This document shows, piece by piece, positions 9,445 to 18,177 of a stretch of DNA of 64,000 nucleotides (position 1 is its first letter; each line of letters begins with the position of its first letter). Under the pieces are notes generated by a model, which worked only from the letters and a program-made list of their open reading frames with translations, ran no database searches and was not told the origin of the DNA. Made by a program: the position numbers and the translations under genes. Source of the stretch: an uncultured Chitinophagaceae bacterium. Its GTDB lineage: Bacteria > Bacteroidota > Ignavibacteria > UBA10030 > UBA8401. Location: positions 13,501-77,500 of the forward strand of contig CAZRWF010000003.1 in NCBI GenBank assembly GCA_964603685.1, written 5' to 3'.

Positions 9445-10560
9445 TTACCGGACCTTAAACGTCGTTAAACTCAGGATCATCATCAGAATCGCCAAAATGT
9501 AGAACCGGGTGACAATTTTCGGTTCGGCCCAGCCCAACAATTCAAAATGATGATGAATCGGCGCCATTTTAAAAATGCGCCGCCCTTCGCCGTATTTTTT
9601 CTTTGTGTACTTAAAATAAAACCGCTGCACGATGACGGAGACCGTCTCCAAAAAGAAGATGCCTCCGAGGATCGGCAGAATAAGTTCCTTTTTCGCCATC
9701 ACCGTCAGCGCGCCGATCGCCCCGCCGAGCGCGAGCGATCCCGTATCCCCCATAAACACCTGCGCCGGGTAGGAGTTGTACCACAAAAATCCGAGTGCGG
9801 CGCCGACGAGCGCGATGCAGAACACCACGAGTTCGCCGTTTCCCCGCAGATAGATGATGTTGAGGTAGCTGCTGAACTCAATGTTTCCGGAGATATACAC
9901 AATGATCCCGAGCGTCATCGCGACGATGCCGGACGTGCCGATCGCCAGGCCGTCCAATCCGTCCGTCAGATTCACCGCGTTGGATGTGGCGGTGATGATA
10001 AAAATCACGAGCGGGATATAGAATATTCCGAAATCGAATTCCAAATTTTTAAAGAACGGAACGGTCGTCACCGTATTGGCATCGATCGCTTTTAATTCCG
10101 GCATCGTATACAGTACCGTTCCGAGGATCGCGCCGATCGTCACTTGTCCGATGATCTTGTACCAACCGATCAATCCTTCCTTTTTCTTTTTGACGATTTT
10201 CAGATAATCGTCCATAAATCCGACAATGCCGAGTCCGCCGGTGACGACGATGATCATCTGCACATAGGTATTCGTCAAATCCGCCCACAACAGCGTCGGA
10301 AGAAGGATGGCCGCGATGACGATAATGCCCCCCATCATCGGCGTGCCGGCTTTCAGTTTGTGTTTTTCCGGCGATCCTTCGCGGTACGTGGTGACGATCC
10401 CTTTTTCTTTCAACAGCGTAATCACCTTTCCGCCGATGATAAAACTGATGAACAAGGCGGTAATGGCCGCCATGGCCGCCCGAAACGTGAGGTATTTTAC
10501 CACGCCGAATCCCGGGGGATTGTACACCTGTTCGATCCAATACAAAAGATGGTACAACAT
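9445..10560 (-). CDS. mraY: Phospho-N-acetylmuramoyl-pentapeptide transferase MraY
   Basis: 371 aa polytopic; NAVNLTDGLDGLA and HHHFELLGW motifs. Confidence 0.95.
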   Translation of the reverse strand: MLYHLLYWIEQVYNPPGFGVVKYLTFRAAMAAITALFISFIIGGKVITLLKEKGIVTTYREGSPEKHKLKAGTPMMGGIIVIAAILLPTLLWADLTNTYVQMIIVVTGGLGIVGFMDDYLKIVKKKKEGLIGWYKIIGQVTIGAILGTVLYTMPELKAIDANTVTTVPFFKNLEFDFGIFYIPLVIFIITATSNAVNLTDGLDGLAIGTSGIVAMTLGIIVYISGNIEFSSYLNIIYLRGNGELVVFCIALVGAALGFLWYNSYPAQVFMGDTGSLALGGAIGALTVMAKKELILPILGGIFFLETVSVIVQRFYFKYTKKKYGEGRRIFKMAPIHHHFELLGWAEPKIVTRFYILAILMMILSLTTFKVR

Positions 10561-12002
10561 CAGCGGTGCTCCTTATGATTCATATGATCGGCGGCGCCGG
10601 TTAACGCGGCCACCACCTCTTCCATCTTCATGCCGCGCGATCCTTTAATCAGCACGACGTCGCCGTGCGTGAGCGTCGAACGGAGCGCTGCGGAGAGTTC
10701 CTCTTTTGTTTCCCAGTGACGCGCCGCGGGACCGAACGCTTCGCTCGTGTATTTCGAAAACGGGCCGAAGGTATACAACCGGTCAAATTTCATTTCGGAA
10801 GCAACGACGCCGATGTTCGTATGTTCCCGTTTGGACGCATCGCCGAGCTCACGCATATCGCCGAGAACGACGATCTTCTTTCCGCTCGTGGTAAAGGACT
10901 GCAGCGTGTGCAGCGCGGCAATCACCGAGTCGGGATTGGAGTTATAGGTGTCGTTCAGAATGATGATGCCGTTCGACGACAATACTTCCATCCGCTTCGA
11001 TGCCGAACTGAAGGAGCGCAATGCCGCGGCAATTTTTTTCGGCTTCACTTTTAATTTTAATCCGATCGACGCAGCGGCAAGAGCGTTCACCACGTTGTGC
11101 CGCCCCGGCACGGCCAGGCGGATTGCACATTCGATATTCTTTTTCTGCCAGACGACGCGGAACGAAGATTGCCCCAGTTCATTCTGTTCGATCCGCTTCG
11201 CCCGGATATCCGCCGCGGAAGAGGTGCCGTAACAGATTGATCGCCGCAGGGCAGAACAATCTTCCGCCAGATACGGATCGTCGGCATTGACGAACGCCGT
11301 CCCTCCGGTCTCCGACAGATACGCGAACAATTCCCGTTCCTCCTTGGCCACCCCCTCTTCGTCGACGAAAAATTCCAGATGTTCTTTCCCGATATTCGTA
11401 ATGATGCCGTGCGTCGGCTCGGCGATGCCGCACAGGTACCGGAGTTCGCCGAAATGGTTCGTGCCGATCTCCACCACGGCCACATCGTGTTTCGGAGTGA
11501 GCCGGAACAACGTTTGCGGGACGCCGATATGATTGTTCAAATTTCCTTCGGTGGACAAAACGCCGTATTTCGTACTCAACACAGCCGTGATCATCTCTTT
11601 GGTCGTGGTTTTGCCGTTGCTTCCCCCCACGGCGATCACGGGAATATCGAATTTCCGCCGGTAGATCCGCGCCAGTTCGCCGAAGGCGGTCGTCGTATCG
11701 TTGACGATGACGAACGCGCACGGGAACGTGCGGAAAGCCGGTTCGTGATTCTGTGCCCATTCGCGGTGCACCACCACAGCCGCCGCTTCTCCCCGTACGA
11801 CATCGTCGATAAAATTATGCGCGTCGAATTTTTCCCCTTTGAGCGCAAAAAAAAGGTCGTTCTTCCGTACCGCACGGGAATCGGTCGTCACGCCGGAAAT
11901 CGGGCGCCGTTTCAACAATTCTTTGTTGATCAGCTCCGCTCCGGTCAGTTTTTGCAGATCTTTGGCCGTGATCTTTTTCATGATTCCCTGTCCGTTCAAC
12001 AC
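10560..12002 (-). CDS. murF: UDP-MurNAc-tripeptide--D-alanyl-D-alanine ligase MurF
   Basis: 480 aa; VIAVGGSNGKTTTKEMI. Confidence 0.9.
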   Translation of the reverse strand: MLNGQGIMKKITAKDLQKLTGAELINKELLKRRPISGVTTDSRAVRKNDLFFALKGEKFDAHNFIDDVVRGEAAAVVVHREWAQNHEPAFRTFPCAFVIVNDTTTAFGELARIYRRKFDIPVIAVGGSNGKTTTKEMITAVLSTKYGVLSTEGNLNNHIGVPQTLFRLTPKHDVAVVEIGTNHFGELRYLCGIAEPTHGIITNIGKEHLEFFVDEEGVAKEERELFAYLSETGGTAFVNADDPYLAEDCSALRRSICYGTSSAADIRAKRIEQNELGQSSFRVVWQKKNIECAIRLAVPGRHNVVNALAAASIGLKLKVKPKKIAAALRSFSSASKRMEVLSSNGIIILNDTYNSNPDSVIAALHTLQSFTTSGKKIVVLGDMRELGDASKREHTNIGVVASEMKFDRLYTFGPFSKYTSEAFGPAARHWETKEELSAALRSTLTHGDVVLIKGSRGMKMEEVVAALTGAADHMNHKEHR

Positions 12003-12009
12003 CGGTCCG

Positions 12010-13497
12010 TCATAAATATTTCAGGATCTCTTCTTTATCGCTGAAGTGGATTTTCTCTTTTCCGACCACCTGATAATCTTCGTGCCCTTTTCCCGCCACG
12101 AGAATCACATCGCCGGGTTTCGCCATTCTGATCCCTGCCGCGATCGCCTTTGCACGATCGGGTTCCACAATCACCCGCTCTTTTGATGACATGCCGGCCA
12201 GAACATCGTTGATGATGTCCATCGGATTTTCCGTCCGCGGATTATCCGAAGTGACGATCACCCGATCACTCAGCCGCTCCGCGATCGCTCCCATTTTCGG
12301 ACGTTTTGTGGTGTCGCGGTCACCGCCCGCTCCGAAGATGGCGATGATCGTGTTCGTTCGATCCGTCGGGAGCACGTCGTGGATCGTTTGCAGACAATTC
12401 TCCAGCGCATCCGGCGTATGTGCGTAATCGACGATCGCCGTCCATCCTTTCGGGGAACGGATCTGGTCGAATCGTCCGGGAGCGGGAACAAGCGCTTTGA
12501 TCCGCTCGGGGGTCACCGTCATGCCTAATGCCGTCACGGCGGTGTAGGCGGCAAGCACGTTCGAGACGTTAAAACGGCCGACGAGTGCGGAGGCAATCGC
12601 CGTTCCGTTCACCTCGGCGGTGAATCCGTTCACGCTTACGGCAACGTTTTTCGCCGAAACATCGGCGGCGGAATTGACGCCGTACGTTCGCACCGCCGCG
12701 GCGATTCCCTTCACCATCGCCGCACCGTAGTCCGAGTCCGCATTCGTCACGGCAACCGCCGTTCCGTCCAACGAATCGAACAACATCTTTTTTGCCCGGC
12801 AATATTCTTCCATCGTTCCGTGATAGTCCAAATGATCCTGCGTGAGATTTGTAAAAACTCCGGCGGCAAACGGAATGCCGAACGTACGGAACTGGTGAAG
12901 CGCGTGGGACGACGTTTCCATCACACAATGGGTGCAGCCGCTCCGCACCATCCGGTCGAACAACCGGTGAAGTTCCAGCGATTCCGGAGTGGTATGCGTC
13001 GCGGGGATCCGTTCCGCGCCGATCATATATTCCACCGTGCCGATCAGTCCGACGTTGTTGTTCGGATCCGCTTCCAACAACTGTTTGATTAAAAATGTCG
13101 TCGTCGTTTTTCCGTTCGTTCCGGTCACACCGATCATCTTCATTTTTGCGGCCGGACGGCCGTAATAATTGGCAGCGATTTGCGCGAGTGCCTTCCGCGT
13201 ATTTCCCACCACCACCTTCACCGTACCGGTGTGCATGCACATCGCGTCGGGAATCGACGCGTCATCTTCCACGACGATCACTTTTGCCCCGTTCGCAATC
13301 GCGGAGGAGAGAAAAGCGTGACCGTCCGCCCCTCCCCCTTTTAACGCCACGAAAAGATTTTCCCGCTGCACCAGCCGGGAATCGTATTGCACGCCGCTGA
13401 CTTTGACGTCGTGCGTCGTCACCATCTTCCCGTACATGGTCTGGAACATTTTGGAGACCGCAACGCCTTGTAGTATTGCCGATAATGTCATGGTCAA
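12010..13497 (-). CDS. murE: UDP-MurNAc-L-Ala-D-Glu--2,6-diaminopimelate ligase MurE
   Basis: 495 aa; IGVTGTNGKTTTTFLI, DNPR motif near C-terminus. Confidence 0.95.
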   Translation of the reverse strand: MTMTLSAILQGVAVSKMFQTMYGKMVTTHDVKVSGVQYDSRLVQRENLFVALKGGGADGHAFLSSAIANGAKVIVVEDDASIPDAMCMHTGTVKVVVGNTRKALAQIAANYYGRPAAKMKMIGVTGTNGKTTTTFLIKQLLEADPNNNVGLIGTVEYMIGAERIPATHTTPESLELHRLFDRMVRSGCTHCVMETSSHALHQFRTFGIPFAAGVFTNLTQDHLDYHGTMEEYCRAKKMLFDSLDGTAVAVTNADSDYGAAMVKGIAAAVRTYGVNSAADVSAKNVAVSVNGFTAEVNGTAIASALVGRFNVSNVLAAYTAVTALGMTVTPERIKALVPAPGRFDQIRSPKGWTAIVDYAHTPDALENCLQTIHDVLPTDRTNTIIAIFGAGGDRDTTKRPKMGAIAERLSDRVIVTSDNPRTENPMDIINDVLAGMSSKERVIVEPDRAKAIAAGIRMAKPGDVILVAGKGHEDYQVVGKEKIHFSDKEEILKYL

Positions 13498-13510
13498 TCC
13501 ATCAATACAA

Positions 13511-15712
13511 TCAATATAATTGTGCGGCAGTGATCAATCGCGGTTCGCAGATGATCGTCACCGTCGTTCGCTGTTTCACCGGCGTGCCGGGACTCGGAAA
13601 TTGTCCGGTCACCACACCGGAGCCGACAATGGTCACGCCCCATTGTTCTGCTGCCAGTTTGTTCACCGCGCGACGGATGCTCATACCGCGGAGGTCGGGG
13701 ACCGCCTGTGCACCGGACACCACCGCCTGTTCCGATTCGTTCATCATCAACTGCACGATGGAGCCCCGTTCTACTTTTTTTCCTGCCGGCGGATATTGAC
13801 GCACCACGGCGTCTCCGGTACCGATCACTTTCGCAGCGAGGCCCGATCGTTTTAGTTCTGCTTCCGCCTCTTCCGCGTCATCACCCGAAACGTCCGGAAT
13901 CGAGACGGTGGCGGCCGCTTCCTTATCCGGTGCGGACGTCTGCACCCGCTGTTCGGCGATCATCGTTTTGGCAATCAATCCGTTGTTGTGGATGATCCTG
14001 TCCGCAATCGCTTTGAACACCGGCGCACTGGCCGTCGCACCGTAATATCCCCCCGCTTTCGGCTTTTCGAGAATGACCAAACAGACGATCTCCGGTTTTT
14101 CCACGGGAAAAAATCCGACAAAGGAAGCGTTATAACTCCCTTCCTCGTATTTTCCGTTCACATGTTTTCGGGATGTCCCCGTTTTACCGGCGATGCGGAC
14201 GCCCGGAGTTTTTACCACCGTTCCGCTGCCGTATTCCACCACGCTTTCCAGCATTTGTTTGATCTGGTCGTTCACCGGTTTCGGATTCACCCGCCGGATC
14301 ATCTGCGGCTGCCCCGCGGATACTTCCTGACCGTGTTCGTCGGTTTCCCGTTGCACGATATACGGTTTCATCAACACGCCGTCGTTGGCAACGGCGGCGT
14401 ATGCGGACACGATCTGCAGCGGTGTGACTCCTACTTCATATCCGTACGCGATCGAATTGAGGGAAGCCATGGACCACTCGGATGTTTTTTTCAATTGCCC
14501 GTTGCTCTCCGCCGGAAGTTCGATTCCGGTCGCCATACCGAACCCGAAATCACGCGCCTGTGCATACAGCCGTTCCGGTCCGATCAGGTCGCTCACTTTC
14601 GCCATGACGATGTTGGAGGAATAGGCCATCGCTTCCAAAAAAGTCACGTCGCGCATCGGATGCGAATCGTTGATCAGCCGGAATTTCTTTCCCGGATATT
14701 CGATCCGGTATTTTCCGTTTTCGCCGTAAAATTTCTTCTCGAGCGACGTGATGCCGTGCTCTAATGCGGCGGAGGCGGTGACAACTTTAAACACCGAACC
14801 GGGTTCGTACATATCGGAGATGATTCTATTCTTTAACGCGTCGGCATTCTGCACTTTGTTCAGATTCACCTGCGGGTAGTTTGCCATCGCAAGGATCTCG
14901 CCGGTGTGCGGACGCATCATCACGACCAGGCCGGCTTCCGCATGCGTCCGCGCCACCCCTTTTTTTAATTCTTCATCCGCGATGGATTGGTAGTGGAGAT
15001 CGAGCGTTAACGTGATGTCGTGTCCGTTCACCGCCTCTTCGCGCGGATAATCGACCGACGGACGTTTTCGTCCCAGTCCGTCCTTTTGCATGATCACGTA
15101 TCCGTTTCGTCCCCGCAGCACACCGTCGAACTGTTGTTCGATTCCGCTTACGCCGACATTGTCGATGTTTGTCGCTCCGAGCACTTGGCCCGCCAATTCG
15201 TCGTAATGATAGATGCGCATCGCTTCGTTCATCTTCACGATTCCCCCCATTTTTTTCAGGGGGATCCGTTCGGCAACATCCGGACGGAGATGGCGTTCGA
15301 TCCAGACGAAGCGTTTGCTGCTCTGCAGTTTGGCGATGTATTCCCGTTCCGGCTTGCCGGTCACTTTCGAAAATTCCCGGGCGATGAAAGCCGCATCGTC
15401 GCCGGCGATTTTCGGATCGGCTGCGAACGAAACGAAGTCCGAGTTGGCAACGAGCACATTCCCGTTCCGGTCGTAAATGTTCCCCCGCTCCGCCACCAGC
15501 GGAACGCGTGCTTCATACTGCCGTTTGGCGATCTCCTGATATTTTCCCGATTCGATCAGCTGGATCTGCACCAGGCGGGCGGCCGCCGCGGCAAAAAGGA
15601 GCAAGAAGACGACTTTCACCATCAGCAGGCGATGGCGATAATCTTTCACGGCGGGAGTTTCCGCCGGCCGATCGTCCGTTGTTCGTGAAAATGGATTCCA
15701 CATACCGTTCAC
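13511..15712 (-). CDS. ftsI: Class B penicillin-binding protein FtsI/PBP3 with two C-terminal PASTA domains
   Basis: 733 aa; N-terminal TM helix, dimerisation + transpeptidase domain, then two PASTA-like repeats (VSIPDVSGDDAEEAEAELKRSGL...; AVPDLRGMSIRRAVNKLAAEQWGV...). Confidence 0.9.
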   Translation of the reverse strand: MNGMWNPFSRTTDDRPAETPAVKDYRHRLLMVKVVFLLLFAAAAARLVQIQLIESGKYQEIAKRQYEARVPLVAERGNIYDRNGNVLVANSDFVSFAADPKIAGDDAAFIAREFSKVTGKPEREYIAKLQSSKRFVWIERHLRPDVAERIPLKKMGGIVKMNEAMRIYHYDELAGQVLGATNIDNVGVSGIEQQFDGVLRGRNGYVIMQKDGLGRKRPSVDYPREEAVNGHDITLTLDLHYQSIADEELKKGVARTHAEAGLVVMMRPHTGEILAMANYPQVNLNKVQNADALKNRIISDMYEPGSVFKVVTASAALEHGITSLEKKFYGENGKYRIEYPGKKFRLINDSHPMRDVTFLEAMAYSSNIVMAKVSDLIGPERLYAQARDFGFGMATGIELPAESNGQLKKTSEWSMASLNSIAYGYEVGVTPLQIVSAYAAVANDGVLMKPYIVQRETDEHGQEVSAGQPQMIRRVNPKPVNDQIKQMLESVVEYGSGTVVKTPGVRIAGKTGTSRKHVNGKYEEGSYNASFVGFFPVEKPEIVCLVILEKPKAGGYYGATASAPVFKAIADRIIHNNGLIAKTMIAEQRVQTSAPDKEAAATVSIPDVSGDDAEEAEAELKRSGLAAKVIGTGDAVVRQYPPAGKKVERGSIVQLMMNESEQAVVSGAQAVPDLRGMSIRRAVNKLAAEQWGVTIVGSGVVTGQFPSPGTPVKQRTTVTIICEPRLITAAQLY

Positions 15713-16182
15713 CGTTTTTTCATCCGTTCCTGCACTTCCGCAATCCGGTCCGGATCGATCTCAAACCATGTCGGCGCCTCTTTCGGATTGGTCATGCCGA
15801 GTTTTTCCTGCGCCATCAAGCTGATCCGCTCCAGGCTCGCCTTCCGGTTGATCTCCGCTTTGATTACTTCGTTGGTGCTGACGATCTGATTATAACGCGC
15901 ATTCAAGTCGTTCACTTCTTTGGCGAGATTGTTCACCGCAATCACGTTTCCCACATACAACACTGCCGCCGTTGCAATCAGGAACAGCAGACCGACGATG
16001 TTCGACGTTTTCGCCCGTTTTTTTACATTCACCCGGCGGACGTTCTGCCGCGGCAGGGCATATCCGGGATTTTCGGCGGACATATCCGACGGCATCGCAA
16101 TGGCGTTATTATAGATAGGCCGGTCATTGAAGGCCGGCATCACTGCGGTGTCGAGGGGAGTATGGGAAAATTGTTTTGCCAT
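15709..16182 (-). CDS. ftsL: FtsL-like cell division protein (single TM helix + coiled coil)
   Basis: 157 aa; TM helix IVGLLFLIATAAVLYVGNV followed by a coiled-coil region; position between rsmH and ftsI; ATGA overlap with ftsI. Confidence 0.6.
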   Translation of the reverse strand: MAKQFSHTPLDTAVMPAFNDRPIYNNAIAMPSDMSAENPGYALPRQNVRRVNVKKRAKTSNIVGLLFLIATAAVLYVGNVIAVNNLAKEVNDLNARYNQIVSTNEVIKAEINRKASLERISLMAQEKLGMTNPKEAPTWFEIDPDRIAEVQERMKKR

Positions 16183-16185
16183 GGT

Positions 16186-17118
16186 TCAGCACCGTTCCGC
16201 AACACGCAACTTTGCGCTGCGGGAGCGGGGATTCTGTTGTTGTTCGTTTTCCGACGCCGTCAGCGGTTTTTTGGTGATGATCCGTAATTCCGGCTGGCGC
16301 GGCGTGTCGGGCTGAAATTGGTTGCCGGACGGGATCGACGTCGCGGCACACTCCGAAAAAAACGTTTTTACGATCCTGTCCTCGAGCGAATGATAGGAGA
16401 TCACCACGATCCGGCCGCCGGCGGCGATCATCGGCAGCGCGTCGGACAGGATCGACCGGAGGCGGTGCAGTTCATCGTTCACCTCGATGCGGATTGCCTG
16501 AAAGACCCGCGCCAGGGATTTTACCGCAAACTTCCCGCCGACCGTCCGTTCCACCAGGGCGGCGAGTTGTCCGGTTGTTTCGATCGGTGCTTCCGCGCGC
16601 TGCACGGCGATCCGCCGGGCGATCCGGCGTGACAGACGTTCTTCGCCGTAATGAAAGATGACATCGGCAAGTTCTTCTTCGGAATATCCGTTCACAACCG
16701 CATGAGCATCGAGCGGCTGACGCCGGTCCATCCGCATATCCAGACGTTCATCGCCCCGAAAGGAAAATCCTTTCCGCGCGTCATCCAGTTGAAAAGAAGA
16801 GACGCCGAGGTCCAGCAACAATCCGTGGATCGTCGTGATGTGGTGTGACCGAAGGATGTGTGCGATGTGTGCGGTGTTGTCGTTCACCAAAAGGACATTC
16901 GATTGAAATCGTTTCAGACGTTTTCCCGCTGCGTCGATCGCGTCCGCGTCGGCGTCGATGCCGACCAGTGCACCGTGTTGCGTCAACTGTTCACAGATCT
17001 TCTCCGCGTGTCCCCCCCCGCCGAGCGTTCCGTCAACATACGTTCCGTTTTTTTCCGTGATCAAATTACCGATCACTTCGTCGAGCATCACTGGAATGTG
17101 ATACGTTGTTTCGCTCAC
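16186..17118 (-). CDS. rsmH: 16S rRNA (cytosine1402-N4)-methyltransferase RsmH/MraW
   Basis: 310 aa; HIPVMLDEV...DGTLGGGGHA SAM-MTase motifs; ATGA overlap with mraZ. Confidence 0.95.
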   Translation of the reverse strand: MSETTYHIPVMLDEVIGNLITEKNGTYVDGTLGGGGHAEKICEQLTQHGALVGIDADADAIDAAGKRLKRFQSNVLLVNDNTAHIAHILRSHHITTIHGLLLDLGVSSFQLDDARKGFSFRGDERLDMRMDRRQPLDAHAVVNGYSEEELADVIFHYGEERLSRRIARRIAVQRAEAPIETTGQLAALVERTVGGKFAVKSLARVFQAIRIEVNDELHRLRSILSDALPMIAAGGRIVVISYHSLEDRIVKTFFSECAATSIPSGNQFQPDTPRQPELRIITKKPLTASENEQQQNPRSRSAKLRVAERC

Positions 17119-17594
17119 TCTTTGTTCTCGAACAATCGCTGGGCCACCGTCACATAATCCTCCTGCTGCGCGTCCATATATTTTTTGAACTCGTTCGGAT
17201 TCCAGACTTCAATCCGGTCGAACGCACCGAGGATGAACACATCGCCGCTGATCCCCGCATACTCCATCAACTCTTTCGGAAGGACGATGCGATGTTGTCC
17301 GTCGAGTTCCGCATCCGTGGCGTACTGGAGCATTTGGCGCGTGTACAAACGCGACCGCTGATCGGTCTGCGGAAGTTTTGCGAGTTCCTGCTCACGTTTT
17401 GCCCATTCATCGTTCGGATAGACAAAAATGCAATTTTCAAATCCGCGCGTGATCACGAAAGAACCGTTCGCCTCCGGCGAAAGATTTTTACGCATCTTTG
17501 CAGGGATATTGATCCGCCCCTTGCTATCGACCGTATAATGAAATGAGCCTTTAAAAGAAGACATGGTTCGTTCGGTTTTTACCTTTTGGGTCAA
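17115..17594 (-). CDS. mraZ: Transcriptional regulator MraZ
   Basis: 159 aa; two MraZ/SpoVT-AbrB-like halves (FKGSFHYTVDSKGRINIPAKMR...). Confidence 0.95.
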   Translation of the reverse strand: MTQKVKTERTMSSFKGSFHYTVDSKGRINIPAKMRKNLSPEANGSFVITRGFENCIFVYPNDEWAKREQELAKLPQTDQRSRLYTRQMLQYATDAELDGQHRIVLPKELMEYAGISGDVFILGAFDRIEVWNPNEFKKYMDAQQEDYVTVAQRLFENKE

Positions 17595-17651
17595 TACAAT
17601 CGTTGGTAAAAATAAGGTCAGGATAAAAAAAGTCTATTTTTGTTGACTATT

Positions 17652-17671
17652 TTTTACCCACTTTTACCCAC
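17652..17671 (-). promoter_or_regulatory. Putative MraZ operator: two perfect tandem GTGGGTAAAA repeats (10-bp periodicity) about 58-77 bp upstream of the mraZ ATG
   Basis: + strand reads TTTTACCCACTTTTACCCAC, which is GTGGGTAAAAGTGGGTAAAA on the minus strand; MraZ is known to bind GTGG[GT]-type direct repeats spaced 10 bp apart in its own promoter. Confidence 0.5.
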
Positions 17672-18177
17672 AACTGACCTCAAAAATACAGGATTTCAAC
17701 CGAAAGTCAAGCAATTTCTCCAATAAATACGGTCTCTTTTGAGATTTTTATGAATTTGACGAAGAGGCAGAAAAATCTGACTGAATGGTGGTGGGTTACA
17801 CTAAAGACTTGATGTTTTACTTTAAGTGTTTTTCAACATTATTCGTTCTGAAAACGGATGTGTTGAAGCACTTTGACGCTGGATAAAACTTCCGAGATCT
17901 TTTCTGCTTCTTTTACTCCAAGTACCTTTCCCTTGAGATCATCACTGCATGATACATGGTGTGATCCGATCGTGTGTTTGGAACAAGCAATGGTATAAAC
18001 AGACAAGTGTGGTTTCATTCCGTCGAGAGGAAAGGAGATGAATGTATGAGGAATCAGGGGAATGACAGAGGAGATGCGGAAGTCCATTTACTCATGGCTT
18101 GGACTAGTATTGCAGAGAACGGCGAGCGAATACCGTTCACGACGATGGTACACGAGGGTTGAACGTACGATTGTTAT

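Noticed and set aside
17839-18087. 82-aa minus-strand ORF in the mfd-mraZ spacer as a real gene
   Set aside because: No SD or start context, no similarity, lies in the promoter/operator region of mraZ and overlaps a + strand ORF. Kept only as part of the 'AT-rich island' observation.
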